Source: Trichodelitschia bisporula
Lineage: Eukaryota
Assembly (NCBI GenBank): GCA_010356995.1
Contig: ML996696.1
Span: 2,364 to 66,363 of the forward strand
DNA: 64,000 bases
Direction: 5' to 3'
Under the pieces are notes generated by a model. The model was not told the origin of the DNA. It saw only the letters and a list, made by a program, of their open reading frames with translations, and did not search any database. Of the stretch, positions 12,512 through 24,100 are shown one piece after another. Both the position numbers and the translations under genes were made by a program. Position 1 is the first letter of the stretch; each line of letters starts with the position of its first letter.

Positions 12512-13177
12512 GGCGCCACGCCACTCAACGAAACTGAGTTTGCATTTCTTCGGCCTGGGTGTTTAATGCAATGCGTGCGATGGGCTGATAGCGGTGTTCA
12601 TTCCGACTCTGCTGCAAGAGGAGGACGGGCTTGTGTGCTCTTTTTATTGCATGGCGGGCGTATGGGCTGGGTGGACCTGGGACTGACATTAATTTGCTTT
12701 TGCGTGCTGCACGCGTTGCACGCGTTGGGGGACTGAAGAGACTGAAGGCACAGAAGGGACTGTTGTACAAGCAGTGGACGAGAGACGAGATGTGACATTG
12801 TACGCGACTGTTTATATGCACCACGGCTGACGACAAGCTATGTGAATTTGGGGGGCGGGACGGAAAACGTAGATAGATTCGACCAAATGTCATCAAGTGC
12901 TGTCATCAATGAAGCACACCATTCTTACAGCATCGCATTTTCAAGTGAGGGTTGTTGCGAGTTCATGAAATGGGCAAGCTTTCGGACAACAGCAATGAGA
13001 ATTTCACATGGCAACGAGGCAGCAGCATCCAGTCACAGGCACAGCAAGTAAACGTCAGACCACTAATACATTGGCCACAACTCTCTGAACGATCTAGAAG
13101 CACCATGGTCCATTGATGCCCGTAAGTGTGCACCCATAGACACAGCGCGGCGACGCAAGAGGTCGGCACGTTCAACC

Positions 13178-15669
13178 TTAGATTTCGGGCAGGTTGGACA
13201 CACATATGTTGTTCTTAATACAGACCTTTGACTTTGGAGTGCAACCCTTCATGGTGACCGGCTTGCACTCAAACCCCTCAGAGCACCACCCCTCCTCGCC
13301 GCAGGCCACACTGTGCGGAGGTTGGCGCGGTTGGCGCGGCTGAATCGACGCATCCTTCGACGTGGGCGGAGGGTCATTGGGGTCCGCAAGGCAGAAGCCC
13401 TTGGTAAACTTACAAAAAACAGGATTCTTGCAAGCTGGCGGGTGGATCAAGGTGCAGCGGTAGTGCGCGGGGCATTTGTCGACGTCGTCAAACGGGTTGC
13501 AAGACATCGGGGACGGATCGGCACGCTTGGACAACTCATCGGCTTCGCTGTCACGAACATCGCTCATTTCCTCTGCGCCAGATGACAAGACGGTGTCGTC
13601 AAAGCAGAAGCCTTGGGCCCCACAAACTTTCGAGTCCGGATCCGAGCACCCCTCTGGGAGGATGACGGTGCAGTGCTTGCCGTTGGGACATCGATGTTTC
13701 TTGTCGCATTTGGCGGGAAATACAACCGTCCGCTTCATCAAGTTTTCGGCCTCCCACCCTTGCACCTCAGCGACGTTCGGGAAAGCAGGTGGCGGGGGCG
13801 TAGGCGAACCGGGCGGCGGAGGACTGTCGATGTCTATCATACGGTGGCCTTGGCCTCTGCCGCACCGATCAATATCCGGATCCGGATTCAGGCATCCTGA
13901 AGGGAAGAAGAGGTCTAAGACGTAGTAGTCGGGGCATTGAAGGAATTGGTTAAGGGGGCGGCAATCGGAAATCCATCCGTCAGAAGGGTTCAGGTCCCTG
14001 GACGCCAGGGCGCGGTGAAAATCTGCGACATCTGGAGGAGACACGTCAGTATCAATTACCACCAGACATAAGCACTATAAACATTGAATGTAGACTCACT
14101 GTAGCCAACAGGACCCATAGCGGCCTCGTGGACGTCCCCTGTCGGAGGCCAAATTCGACTCGGATTTGTGTGAGTTGGACGCGGCTTAGGGCGATGGTGC
14201 AGAGGACCTTCATCAGAACGCTTTTCTCCCACAACAGGAATATCTTCGCTCTCAGAATGCTGGTTCGGGGGCACCGTCGGCCAGAACTGAGTGACGGTTA
14301 CCGCAGCGACAGTGACAGTCACAACGGCCTGCGGAACATGAGTCGTCGAGCGGAGCGGAGGCTGTAGATTGATGTCGAAGTCGTTTACAGCTCGCCGATT
14401 CGGAGGAGGGAGAACAGCAGGGGTCGTACCATGGATCGGCGAACGAGTCGTGACGCTGAACGGAGGCTGCGGCTTCTGCTTCGTTACCGGCTGGGTGTGA
14501 GGATTCGGCTTGGTGTAGGGATTCTCGTCGAAGTCTTCAACGGCCCGCCGACGGGGGGGATGCGAAGGCGCGGGCTTTCCCTTCGCAGGTGTAAGCGGCG
14601 GCTTCTTGGGGGGGTCCAAAGCGGAAGACTTTCCCTTCGCGGGCGCATGATGCGTTGTGGTATACCGAGGATGGCGCCAAGGCTCCGCGGCCGGTTCAAC
14701 AACGCCAATGTCGACGGAGCGGCGAGTCGGAGGATGATTCGGCTTGGGATGATGCGACCTTGGATGATGAGGGCGACGGTGCGGATGCACATTATCCGCA
14801 TCATCGTCCACGTCGACAGAGCGGCGAATTGGGGGATGCGGTTCCCAGGGCACTCCCTTCGCCGCTGTATGCTGCAGCTTGGGAGGATGCGGCTCAGGAT
14901 GGTGAGGACGGCGGCGCATATCCTCTTCGTCCGCACCATCGTCCACGTCGACAGAACGGCGAGCTAGAGGGTGATGCGGCTTGGGATGGTGCGGCTTGGG
15001 AAGATTGGGGCGGCGGTGCCGGTCCTCCTCGTCCGCACCATCGTCCACGTCGACAGAGCGGCGAATCGGAGGCAAGGTCGAATTCGAGCTACCATAAACA
15101 GTGCGGCCTGTCTCGATGCAGGCACCCTCCTGGCACATACATCCAGCGATGGGAAGATACCCACAGAGCCACGTCTTGTTCACACAATGCGACGGGGTCA
15201 AAGGAGGGAACTCGGCAGCCTTGTTGGCGCAGATGGGAACAGGGCCGCAGCACGTGTGAATGTTGACCTGACCACAATCTGCATCCGAAGCGCACTTGAA
15301 CTTGGCGTCGACGTTCCGGTTGATTGGGCTCGCCTTGTGGGGAGGAGGCTGAGCCTTGGCGGGCTTCCCGATCGGAGGTGGACCGTCGGGAAACTCGGGC
15401 ATGTCAAAGCGAGGAGAGCAGACGCCGAACTCATCTTCGCAATGGCCGAGTGCCCAGTACCCACAGCCACGGTTCTCGGCGTCGCCGGGCCTACACTCGT
15501 ACCCCTCGGGGCACAAGCCAGTCTTCACCAAACAGTACGTGGCATCGAGGGGAAGCTGGGGAGGGTCGACGGAAGTGACGTTTCCAGCAGCAAGAGGCTT
15601 GCCGACTGCCGGCACAGCGCCAGTCGCTGCGAAGAAGGCAGCGAACGCTGTCAGTAAAGACAGCTTCAT
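13178..15669 (-). CDS. Secreted Cys-rich / His-Pro-rich repeat polyprotein with dibasic (Kex2-type) sites, ~807 aa, 2 exons
   Basis: Signal peptide MKLSLLTAFAAFFAATGA. Intron 14032-14099 (GTGAGT...CTGAC...CAG) joins ORFs 14056-15684 and 13178-14062 in frame (GY-N-VADFHR). Repeated 6-Cys modules and RRSVDVDD repeats. Confidence 0.85.
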
Positions 15670-15760
15670 GGTGACTGGTAACACAGTCTCAACAAAGGGA
15701 GTGGAACTAAAGATTGTGTTGGGTGGGGGGAAGATGAGGGGGTTGAGGGAACGGAGGGTG

Positions 15761-15908
15761 GAGGATGTAGAGGGTTGGAGAGAGGAGGATGTAGAGGGTT
15801 GGAGAGAGGAGGATGTAGAGGGTTGGAGAGAGGAGGATGTAGAGGGTTGGAGAGAGGAGGATGTAGAGGGTTGGAGAGAGGAGGATGTAGAGGGTTGGAG
15901 AGAGGAGG
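15761..15908. repeat. 24-bp minisatellite (gaggatgtagagggttggagagag) x~6
   Basis: Perfect tandem copies, visible as (EDVEGWRE)n in the ORF track; lies ~90 bp upstream of the polyprotein ATG. Confidence 0.95.
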
Positions 15909-17221
15909 AGGTGGAGAGAAAGAAGAAGAGGAGTACTGAAGGCGGCCATTAAATACTCGCCACCTCTTACCTGCTGGCCCGCGCCTTCCGTTGCTGGATA
16001 GTTCCTGCTCAGTGCGGTGCCAGTGACGACACCGCAACTGCTGGAGGAAGGCGCGACATGGCATCGAGAGGAAAGCACTGTCCACCCCTTCCCCTTCCAC
16101 CAGCGTTACCACAACTGTGCCCGTTCGTGCTTGCTCATTTGACTGGTGCAAGCAATGGACAGTCGGCCGCGCCTGCCATGGAGCTCAGTAGGGTCCGCGA
16201 CGAGGCAGCGACGAGGCAGCATCAACGTTGCGTCTCGAGGCATCCCTGAGATTGTCAGATGTGATATCATGACTGAAGGACCCATCTGACTAACCTCTGT
16301 TGAGCACTGCCTGTCGCCGCCTTACGATACTTACGTTAACGTCTCCCTAAAGAAGGACATCTTCCACTTCGTAATATTCATGCCAGTGGAGGTGAGAGCT
16401 GTGACAGCTTCGAGATAATGTAAGAGCAGACAAAGTTCACACCAACGCGCCGTCCTGTAGCCCCGCCCCATAGCCCTTCCAGGTATCTTCAGCACTCCGC
16501 TCTGCCTCAAAGATGGCGGTACGAGCGGGCGACATAATGACAGGAACGTGCCGTCAGACGAAAAGTCGGGGAGCAAATGCTTCAACCACAACTTTGCTAA
16601 TCTCCATGACTAGTGACAGACGTTCCGGATGCCCATCTTCATCATCTCACGCCAGTCACCTATCGTCCGTGAAGCCAGAAGTGCGATGGCGATGCGATCA
16701 AATTGATGTTGTTTCGCGAGTGAGCTCAGTTGTCGTCGGACTTCACTCCAGTTTGTGGCGCGGCCCAGCCGGCCGATCGCCGCAGATCTGGCTCCGGAAT
16801 CGCGTCACGCGCGTCTCCAACAACATCTGTGGTAAACTACAAAATGCGGTCAGCACGGCTTCTTTTTAAACACATCTTTCAATCATCACTTACTAGAGTG
16901 CACTTCGGACTTCCAGTATTCTTATGCTCGTCACGCTCGTATCCCTCCCTGAACCTGTTTCCTCGCCCACAGCCTCCCCTTCCAATGACAGCCCGAGACG
17001 GAACCTGCCTGGCCGCCGGACGCTCAAGTGTTCGGGACTTCGAGTGCATTGTGTCCCACATGCCTGGTTGCGAGACTCTCTGGACATGCACAAAGGTTGT
17101 ATCAATCAATCAATCACCACAAAGATCGTTCAGTCGATATCGCACAAGCCCAAATTGATTCAACCAAGCTACGCCCAGTACAATGCTCTCAAACAGCCCA
17201 TCATGCCATTTTATATACAGC

Positions 17222-19149
17222 CTAATCCGTCCACACCGCATTCGCACAACACCCGCGCCCAAACTTAATCGGCTTGCTCGGGTTAAACGTGTCGTCCCGA
17301 TCCCGATTCTTGTCCGCCTCCGTCCGCGGCGCCGCCGGATCTCCCGTCCCGACCACAAACCGCGGCGCCCGCCACTCCGACACGATCGCGGCGCGTACAT
17401 TGAACACCGCCGGCAGCTGCCGCTTCTCCTTCGACCCCTCCACCACCTCAGGCGCGTACTCGAGCGTGCTCACCACCCCAAAGTCGTGCACCACCGGCGC
17501 CGCCGCCTTCTCCGCCCACGTCCCGCGCCACGCCCCTCCGCTCGGCGGTGCTGCCGCCGGTTTCCATGCCGGCTGATCCGGCTCGGGCTGCACCATCGAC
17601 CAGCCCTGTCCGGGAACGGTAATCGTCGTTGTCGGCCTCGGCGCGTTCACCGGCCTTGGCACGTTCACCGGCGGAGGCGCATTCACCGGCGCAGGCGGCG
17701 CAGGCGGCGCAGGCGGTGCCTGCGGTGGCGGCCGCACGACACTCGGCTCTGTGTCCTTGGGCAGGTTGAGCAGGCCCTCAATGCGCCACACCTGCACCAT
17801 GCCCGCTTCGCTGTCCGACAGGGCCATGTACTCGTTCGACCAGTACGCGGGCATCACGGCGTTGGATTTGCCGCCGGAGGTGGATGTGCTGACCTGCATG
17901 ATCTTGGCGAGCGGGTAGCCTGCACCTTTGGGTTGGGCGTTTGCGGACCGACCAGGGACTGTGGGGACTGCGGCGGGGGCGCCGGGGTCGTTGTCCGGGT
18001 TGGAAATGAGGATTGCGGTTAGGAAGCCGGGCGGGAGTTTTACGGGTGCTGCGGCTGAGGCTGGTTTTGGTGCTGCGCCGCCTGTTGGTCGCCATCCGCC
18101 CCACTGGCGTGGGTTTAACTTTGCGAGAAGCTTGTTCACCGGGGGAGAAGCTGCGGGACGTCCGCCGCTGCCCCGAGAGGAGGTCGTCTCCTCCTCGTCA
18201 TCGTCGCCCTCGTCGCCCTCATCTCCCTCCTCTTCGTCTTCGTCGCGATCGCGGTCGGGACGGTAGCGCACCGAGGCCCAGAGGACGTTGCCGTCGGCGC
18301 TGAGGAGGATTTCGTGGCCGCGGTAGGAAGTGACGTTGACGTCTGTTGGGTTAGGTGAGTTCAATGTAGGTGAAGACTCCGAGCAGACTTACTTGGCGGG
18401 ATCAGGGTGTAATTCATGCCCGTGTAGCGCAGGCTTGGGCCCCGCGGTGTCGCCTTCACGCTGTACACGGCGACCATGTTCAGCTTCGACAGCAGGAGGT
18501 ACAAGTAGCGGCTCTTCGGATGCAGCACCACGCGTCTTGGCCTAGCATCTGCGATCGGAAACGGCGTCATGGCGCCCTGATCCAGCAGCCCCGTATTCGC
18601 ATTGATGCGGTGCGTCCACACGCCGTTGCCCTTTTGATCCGCCGTGTACAGGTACGCGTTCTCCGTGTCCATGGTCATGCCGTGCACGCGGCTATTCGTC
18701 GCATACGTGATGTTCTGGATTCCCCGCTCGAGGCTCCCGTCGTTTCGCGTGCTCATCACTAGCCCGCACGGTGACCTCCCGCTGCCATACACGTTGAACG
18801 GCGATTTCTGCTCCGCCACCACGCTCGTCGTCCCGTGTCGCTGCGCCTGCCCGTCGCACCGGCTGTTGATAGTCAGGTTGCTCTGGAACTTGAGCTCCTG
18901 CGGCGAAATGACGGTGTAACTGCTCCATCCGTCGCGCTCGGCGGCATACAGCGTGCCGCGATCGTAGCTGAAGCTGAGCCACGGGTGCCCCGCGTGGGCC
19001 GTGAAGTTCCCCACCTCAGCAATCGCATTGCGCTCCGTGTCATACTCCAGCGCCCAAATATGCGGCGTGCGAAAGCTCCCCACAAACATATGATGCAGAT
19101 CCGCCGCCGCAGGCGCCAGCAGTGCACCGGCAACAAGCCAGCGCATCAT
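17222..19149 (-). CDS. Secreted lactonase-family 7-bladed beta-propeller (carboxy-cis,cis-muconate cyclase-like) with low-complexity insertions, spliced
   Basis: Signal peptide MMRWLVAGALLAPAAA, then DLHHMFVGSF, VHGM, RPRRVVLHP..YLYL, STSGGKSNAV and terminal GCCANAVWTD as in fungal CMLE homologs. Intron ~18343-18393. Confidence 0.8.
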
Positions 19150-21165
19150 GAAAAATCCGTCCCTTCTCACAAAGAAAAACAAAAAAAGAGCGTAAGGAGC
19201 GAAAAAAACGTAACGAGCGGCGCAGCAGCGAAACGACGATGCCTTCGCCCCCGCTCGCCTGGGGCTCACGCGCATAATATCGCAGCCTTAACGCCGCCGG
19301 GCCTTGCCGGAATTACTCCATCGGCAGGCCGGGCTCACCATACAGCTGTGCACCAGAAATAGCGGATTGGTGACGCGCAAGCGCGTGATTGGGCTCGCTG
19401 GGGCAGCGAGTCTGCGTGTCGTGAGGGCCGGGGGCGAATTTGCAGAGCAATTAAGCCGGGCTCGTATATTTGACTTCATTACTCTGGCGGTGGAGGAGAG
19501 GGTGGCGGGAGGGGATAATTTGCCGGCGCGATGCGGGCGCGATGAGGCTGGGCGAGGCTGATCGCCCCGGGTGCGGCGGCGCGACGACGGGCGGGTGTCG
19601 CAACGTCCACGTTGGACGTGGATGTTGCGCCTGGAAAGCCTCCTGCCAAAAAATTCCTACCCTTCGAGCGCGATGATGAAGGCATATCCCCTCCCTCCCG
19701 AATCGTCGGCCACCGCAGCTCTTAACCCGAAACGGGCCCCGGAGGCGCCTGGCCCGGGCAGCCGGCGGCGGGGACCATCCCTCCCGCATAGAGCGGGATA
19801 ATATGCGCGGGCCTACGGTGGTGACCGTTTGCCGGCCATATAAATGGCGTACGTACGCCGTGGCTCCGCTGTCGTGCTGCCTCACTGGGAGGAGGGAGAG
19901 GGCGATATTGCTCGCCCGCCAGCTCAAGGGTGTGTTTGCGGGGATGGCGAGGTTGGGCATGGGAGCCTTTGACCAATTTCTTCTGCTTGCGAGGGTCGTG
20001 TTTCTGGCGGGTGATGATGCGATGATAAATCCCTGGATGACAGTCCAAAAGTCGCCAGCTCATTCCCGTCGGAGTGTACCCGTACTGCGTGGATCCGCGT
20101 GGCTAGGCGCCTCGCCTCCCCTTCCCCGGATGATGCCTCCAGCCCGATCCCGCGATGGAGGCCCACATGGTCTCCATCGTCAGGTACAACCACGAGCCGA
20201 GAACGCACCTTCATCTCAAGCCGTTCGTTCTCCACTACCCAGGAATATCTCTTGTGGCATAAACGTCACTCAGCTTACCGCCCGTGCCCGTCGGAGGTTA
20301 AGCATGCACGTGACCCAGCCTCGCGCCGGCGACCGGAATGGTGCTGACGAGAAAAGGCCGGGCCAAGACGGCCCCCATCGGGATGCAATGCCGAGGCGCG
20401 GGTGAAAAATCGAGATCGGGCTTGGGCTTGATGGGATACGGGATGGTTGCTATCGGGAAAGGCTTTGCGGTGACACATGCGAAGATGGATCGAGATTTAT
20501 GCGTCATCTGCCGATGGGAAGTGTGGGTGCGATAGTGCATGTTGCCTAATTTGGGTACATACGACGGAGGGTAACAAATTTGGCATAAAAGCTTGATTCC
20601 GTGGAGAGGGCGATGAAGCTTGGAAAATCTGATAATTGAAGCATAGGCTTGACACATGCAATGGCTACAACGTGTAAGTGAGGTTCATAAAAGACGAAAG
20701 AAGTACAGAGTCAAGAGTTGCTTGAGACCAAATATACGATGCGGCAAGTCTTCGGATGTTCCTAGCCTCCGTTGTGCACACTCTACATCATGTGCGCCTT
20801 GCGCTGGCATGTCCCTTTCCAAAACTGATATTCCCCTTCCAACATCAGTATGATGGTGGCATGCATGCTTTAATGCCCTGTTCTCTCATGTTTCGCACAT
20901 CAACCGGGTGGTGGCGCGCATTGCGAAGGTGGGATGGTGATATCAAGGCCTGCTCGCTGCTCATTTTACTTTCAGAGCGTTGACTTCACAATCACGTCAC
21001 TCAACCATCGAGACGTCAAGAATGTTGGGAAGAACCCATCGCAAGCGCGTACAGCGAATCCACCGAAGGCAAGACATCCACAGGCAAGATACCCACAGAG
21101 GTGTACCAACCACAACGCCAACACCCTACTCCCACAGCACAGTAACCTAAACACCTAATCAAACA

Positions 21166-24100
21166 CTACTCCTCACCCCTCCCACTACTTTGCAAATCAA
21201 ACTCCAAACTCTGCCTCCTCTCCCTCTCCCTCTCAAGCTGCATCCTCAACTCCTCATTCTCCAACCTCCCCTCCTCAAGCCTCTTCCGCGCCCCACTCCG
21301 ATCCAACAACCTCGCCTCCCTCTCCGCCTTCAGTCTTCTCTCCAGCTCCTTCAGCCGATGAATCCACCGCTGCTCATTCGGCTGCATCACCCCCGTAGAA
21401 ACAGGTATCCCACTAGCAGGCCGACGCGTCGGGCTCTCCAACTCCGGCACCGGCGCCGGCGTACTCGCCGACGACGCGGGCCGCCTCCCGCCTCCCGTCT
21501 CCACCGCGCTCGTGCTATGATGCCGTAGCAGCGTCGCCGCCATGCTAGCGCGGGTCGCATCCCGATTCGTCGACGGACTGCGCTGCAAATCCGGATGCGG
21601 GGCGCGCGAGGAAGCTGTCCCAGGCCGCGTGGGGGACGTGTTGCGCGCGAACTCGAGCTCGGCCTTTAGGAGCTTGTTCTCGTTCTTCAGCTTTGAGAGC
21701 TCGGAGCTTTGGCTCCGGCTGGAGGAGCGGGAGGCAGAGCGGCGGTCGCGCTCGGCGTCTGCATTCGCTGAGGCCGCGGCGCGGGACGCGGCTTGCGTGA
21801 CCATTTTCTCGAGGTGGTCGATGCGCTTGGTGCGCACGTCGATTGCGTGCTCGAGCGTTTGGAAGTCCTTCCAGAGGGACTTTTCGACGTCGCGGATGCG
21901 CGCGCGGAAGCCCCCGACGAGCACCTCTACTGTCTTAACCGCTAGGTTGATGTTGCGGCTGAAGGCGGCGAGGTTGCGCCCGATGACGTCGACGCTGGGC
22001 AACTGGTCGCCGACCAGGCTGTTCTTCTGCATGAAGTCGGCGCCGCAGAGGGTTGATAGCCGGTTCCAGAGCGCGAGGAGCAGATTATTGCGCTCAAGCA
22101 GCTGCTCGCGGAACTGTGCCTCGAGCGCGGAGAACTTGCGCCGGTCGGCGTTGCGCGCTTGCTCCAGCTCCATGGCGCGGGTGTCGTTCTGCTGGATGGT
22201 CCGCGTCAGGCTTTGCTGGCTGCGCTGCATCTGGTCGAAGTGGTTGCGGTCCTGGCGACGCGCTTGCCGCTCCTTTTCGAGGAGCTCTGATAGCTTGCGT
22301 GACTCGAGCCCTGCGGACTCGAGGAGGGCGTCGCGGTTGCGTAGCACGCGCTCTTTTTCGGCGAGTTCGGCTCGTGCGGCGTCGAGGCTTGTGAGCGTGT
22401 GCTCGAGGTCTGACTGCAGCTTGGTGACGTCCTGCAATGTATGGTTAGACAAGGTAGATGATGAAGTAGAACAATACACACCTTCAAGATGCTTGACCGC
22501 GTGCCAGTGAGATCCCCCAGCGCCTCCAGCAAACTGCCCTCGAGCGCCTCCAAGCGCTCCTTCCACGTCGACGCCTCCGTCTCCTTCGCGGCGAGCGCGC
22601 GCTTGAGCTTGCGAACCTCGTCCTTGGACTTGTTGTTCTGCCCATTGAGATCGTCAAGCACCTTCTGAAGAGCCTCCTTCTCCTGACTGTCGAGCACATC
22701 ACGCTGGCGCCGCTCCTCGGTGATCCGCTCCTCAAGCTCGCGCATGCGCTCCTTCTCGTCCTGGATCGTCGACTGCGCGGCCGACAGCGCCGCCTCCAGC
22801 TCGCCGATCTTGATCTTGTCCGCTTCTTGCTCCTCACGCAGGAACGAGATCTCGCCCTGCCCGGACTCGAGCTGCACGTCGAGGCGCTCGTTCTTCGCCA
22901 CCGTGTCGCGCAGCTTCTTGTCCAGCTGTTCGAGCTCGCGCTCGTGTTCCTCGAGCTGTTGCTCCAGGGACTGCTCCTTGCGCCGGCTGGCGTTCAGCTC
23001 GTCCTCAAGGCGCACCACACTCTCACTGACGCGCTTCATCTCCTGCTGTAGCGCCGCGAAGTCTTGCTCACGCTGGTCAAGCTCCTTGTTCAGCTCATCA
23101 ATCTCCTTGAGCGCCTCCTCGCGCAGCTCTTCGATCTCCTCATCGCGCTCCTGCAGCGCCTCAAGCGCCTCATCACGCTCACTCTGCAAAGCCTGCAGGT
23201 CCTCCATAGCGAGTTCGCGTTCCTGCTTTAGCGCGCGGTTCTCAGTTTCGGCGTTCTGCAAGATATCGAGATGGGCGTTGAGCTCGCGCTCGAGGTCTTG
23301 GTTCGTCATCTTGATCTGCGCAAGCTCGTCCCTTAGCGCCGCCTGCTTCTTCTCGAGGTCATCGCGCTCAGCATCGCTCATCTGCGTTGCGCGCGTCCCA
23401 CCACTTGCCCGCGACTCCGCCCGATTATGCGCGCGCGAAACAGACCGCTCGAAGATGCTGTCGCCCGCGACCGAACGCACCTCATGCGCGCCATGAATAT
23501 GCGCCCGCCGCTGGTGCAGTTTGAGGTCCTCGATCTCCTGCTGCAAGCGCTCGCGCTCGCGGTTCCTAGACGTGAGCATCGACGTCTGCGCACTGAGGTC
23601 GCGGCGGAGCTCCGCATTCTCGTGCTTCAGCGCCTCGACGAGCGTGGACGTGCGCGAGTTGACGGTGTCATTGGTGCTGAAGTCTGACTCGGAGCGCGCG
23701 CCGTAGCTCATCGTGCTGCGCTTGCTCATGTAGCCGGAGCGTAATTGGCTGCCGACTGTCGACGCGGCCTCGGCCTTGAGACGACGGATCTCCTCGCGCA
23801 GCTTCTCGGCGTCTTCGTCGGCTTGCTCGCGGCGCGCGGTCTCGGCTTCCAGGAGGTCCTTCCACATCTCCATCGTCTCCTCCAGACTGGTGCTCGGCAC
23901 TGGCTTGGTCTCGCCCATTGTCTTGACGTAGTCGGCGAGGCGGCGCTTATCGACTTCCTTGGCTAGATTGTCGCTCTGCAGCTTCTCGACCTCCATCTCG
24001 TACTGCTGGACACATTCGCGCAGGAAGATAATCTCCTCCTCCATCTCGGCGCGCTCTTCGGAGTGGTCGCTGTCCTCATCGGATGTGCCCTTCGCCCCCT

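Noticed and set aside
15761..15908. CRISPR-like array (also considered for 3051-3150)
   Set aside because: Tandem units with no unique spacers of CRISPR length, no cas genes, eukaryotic context.
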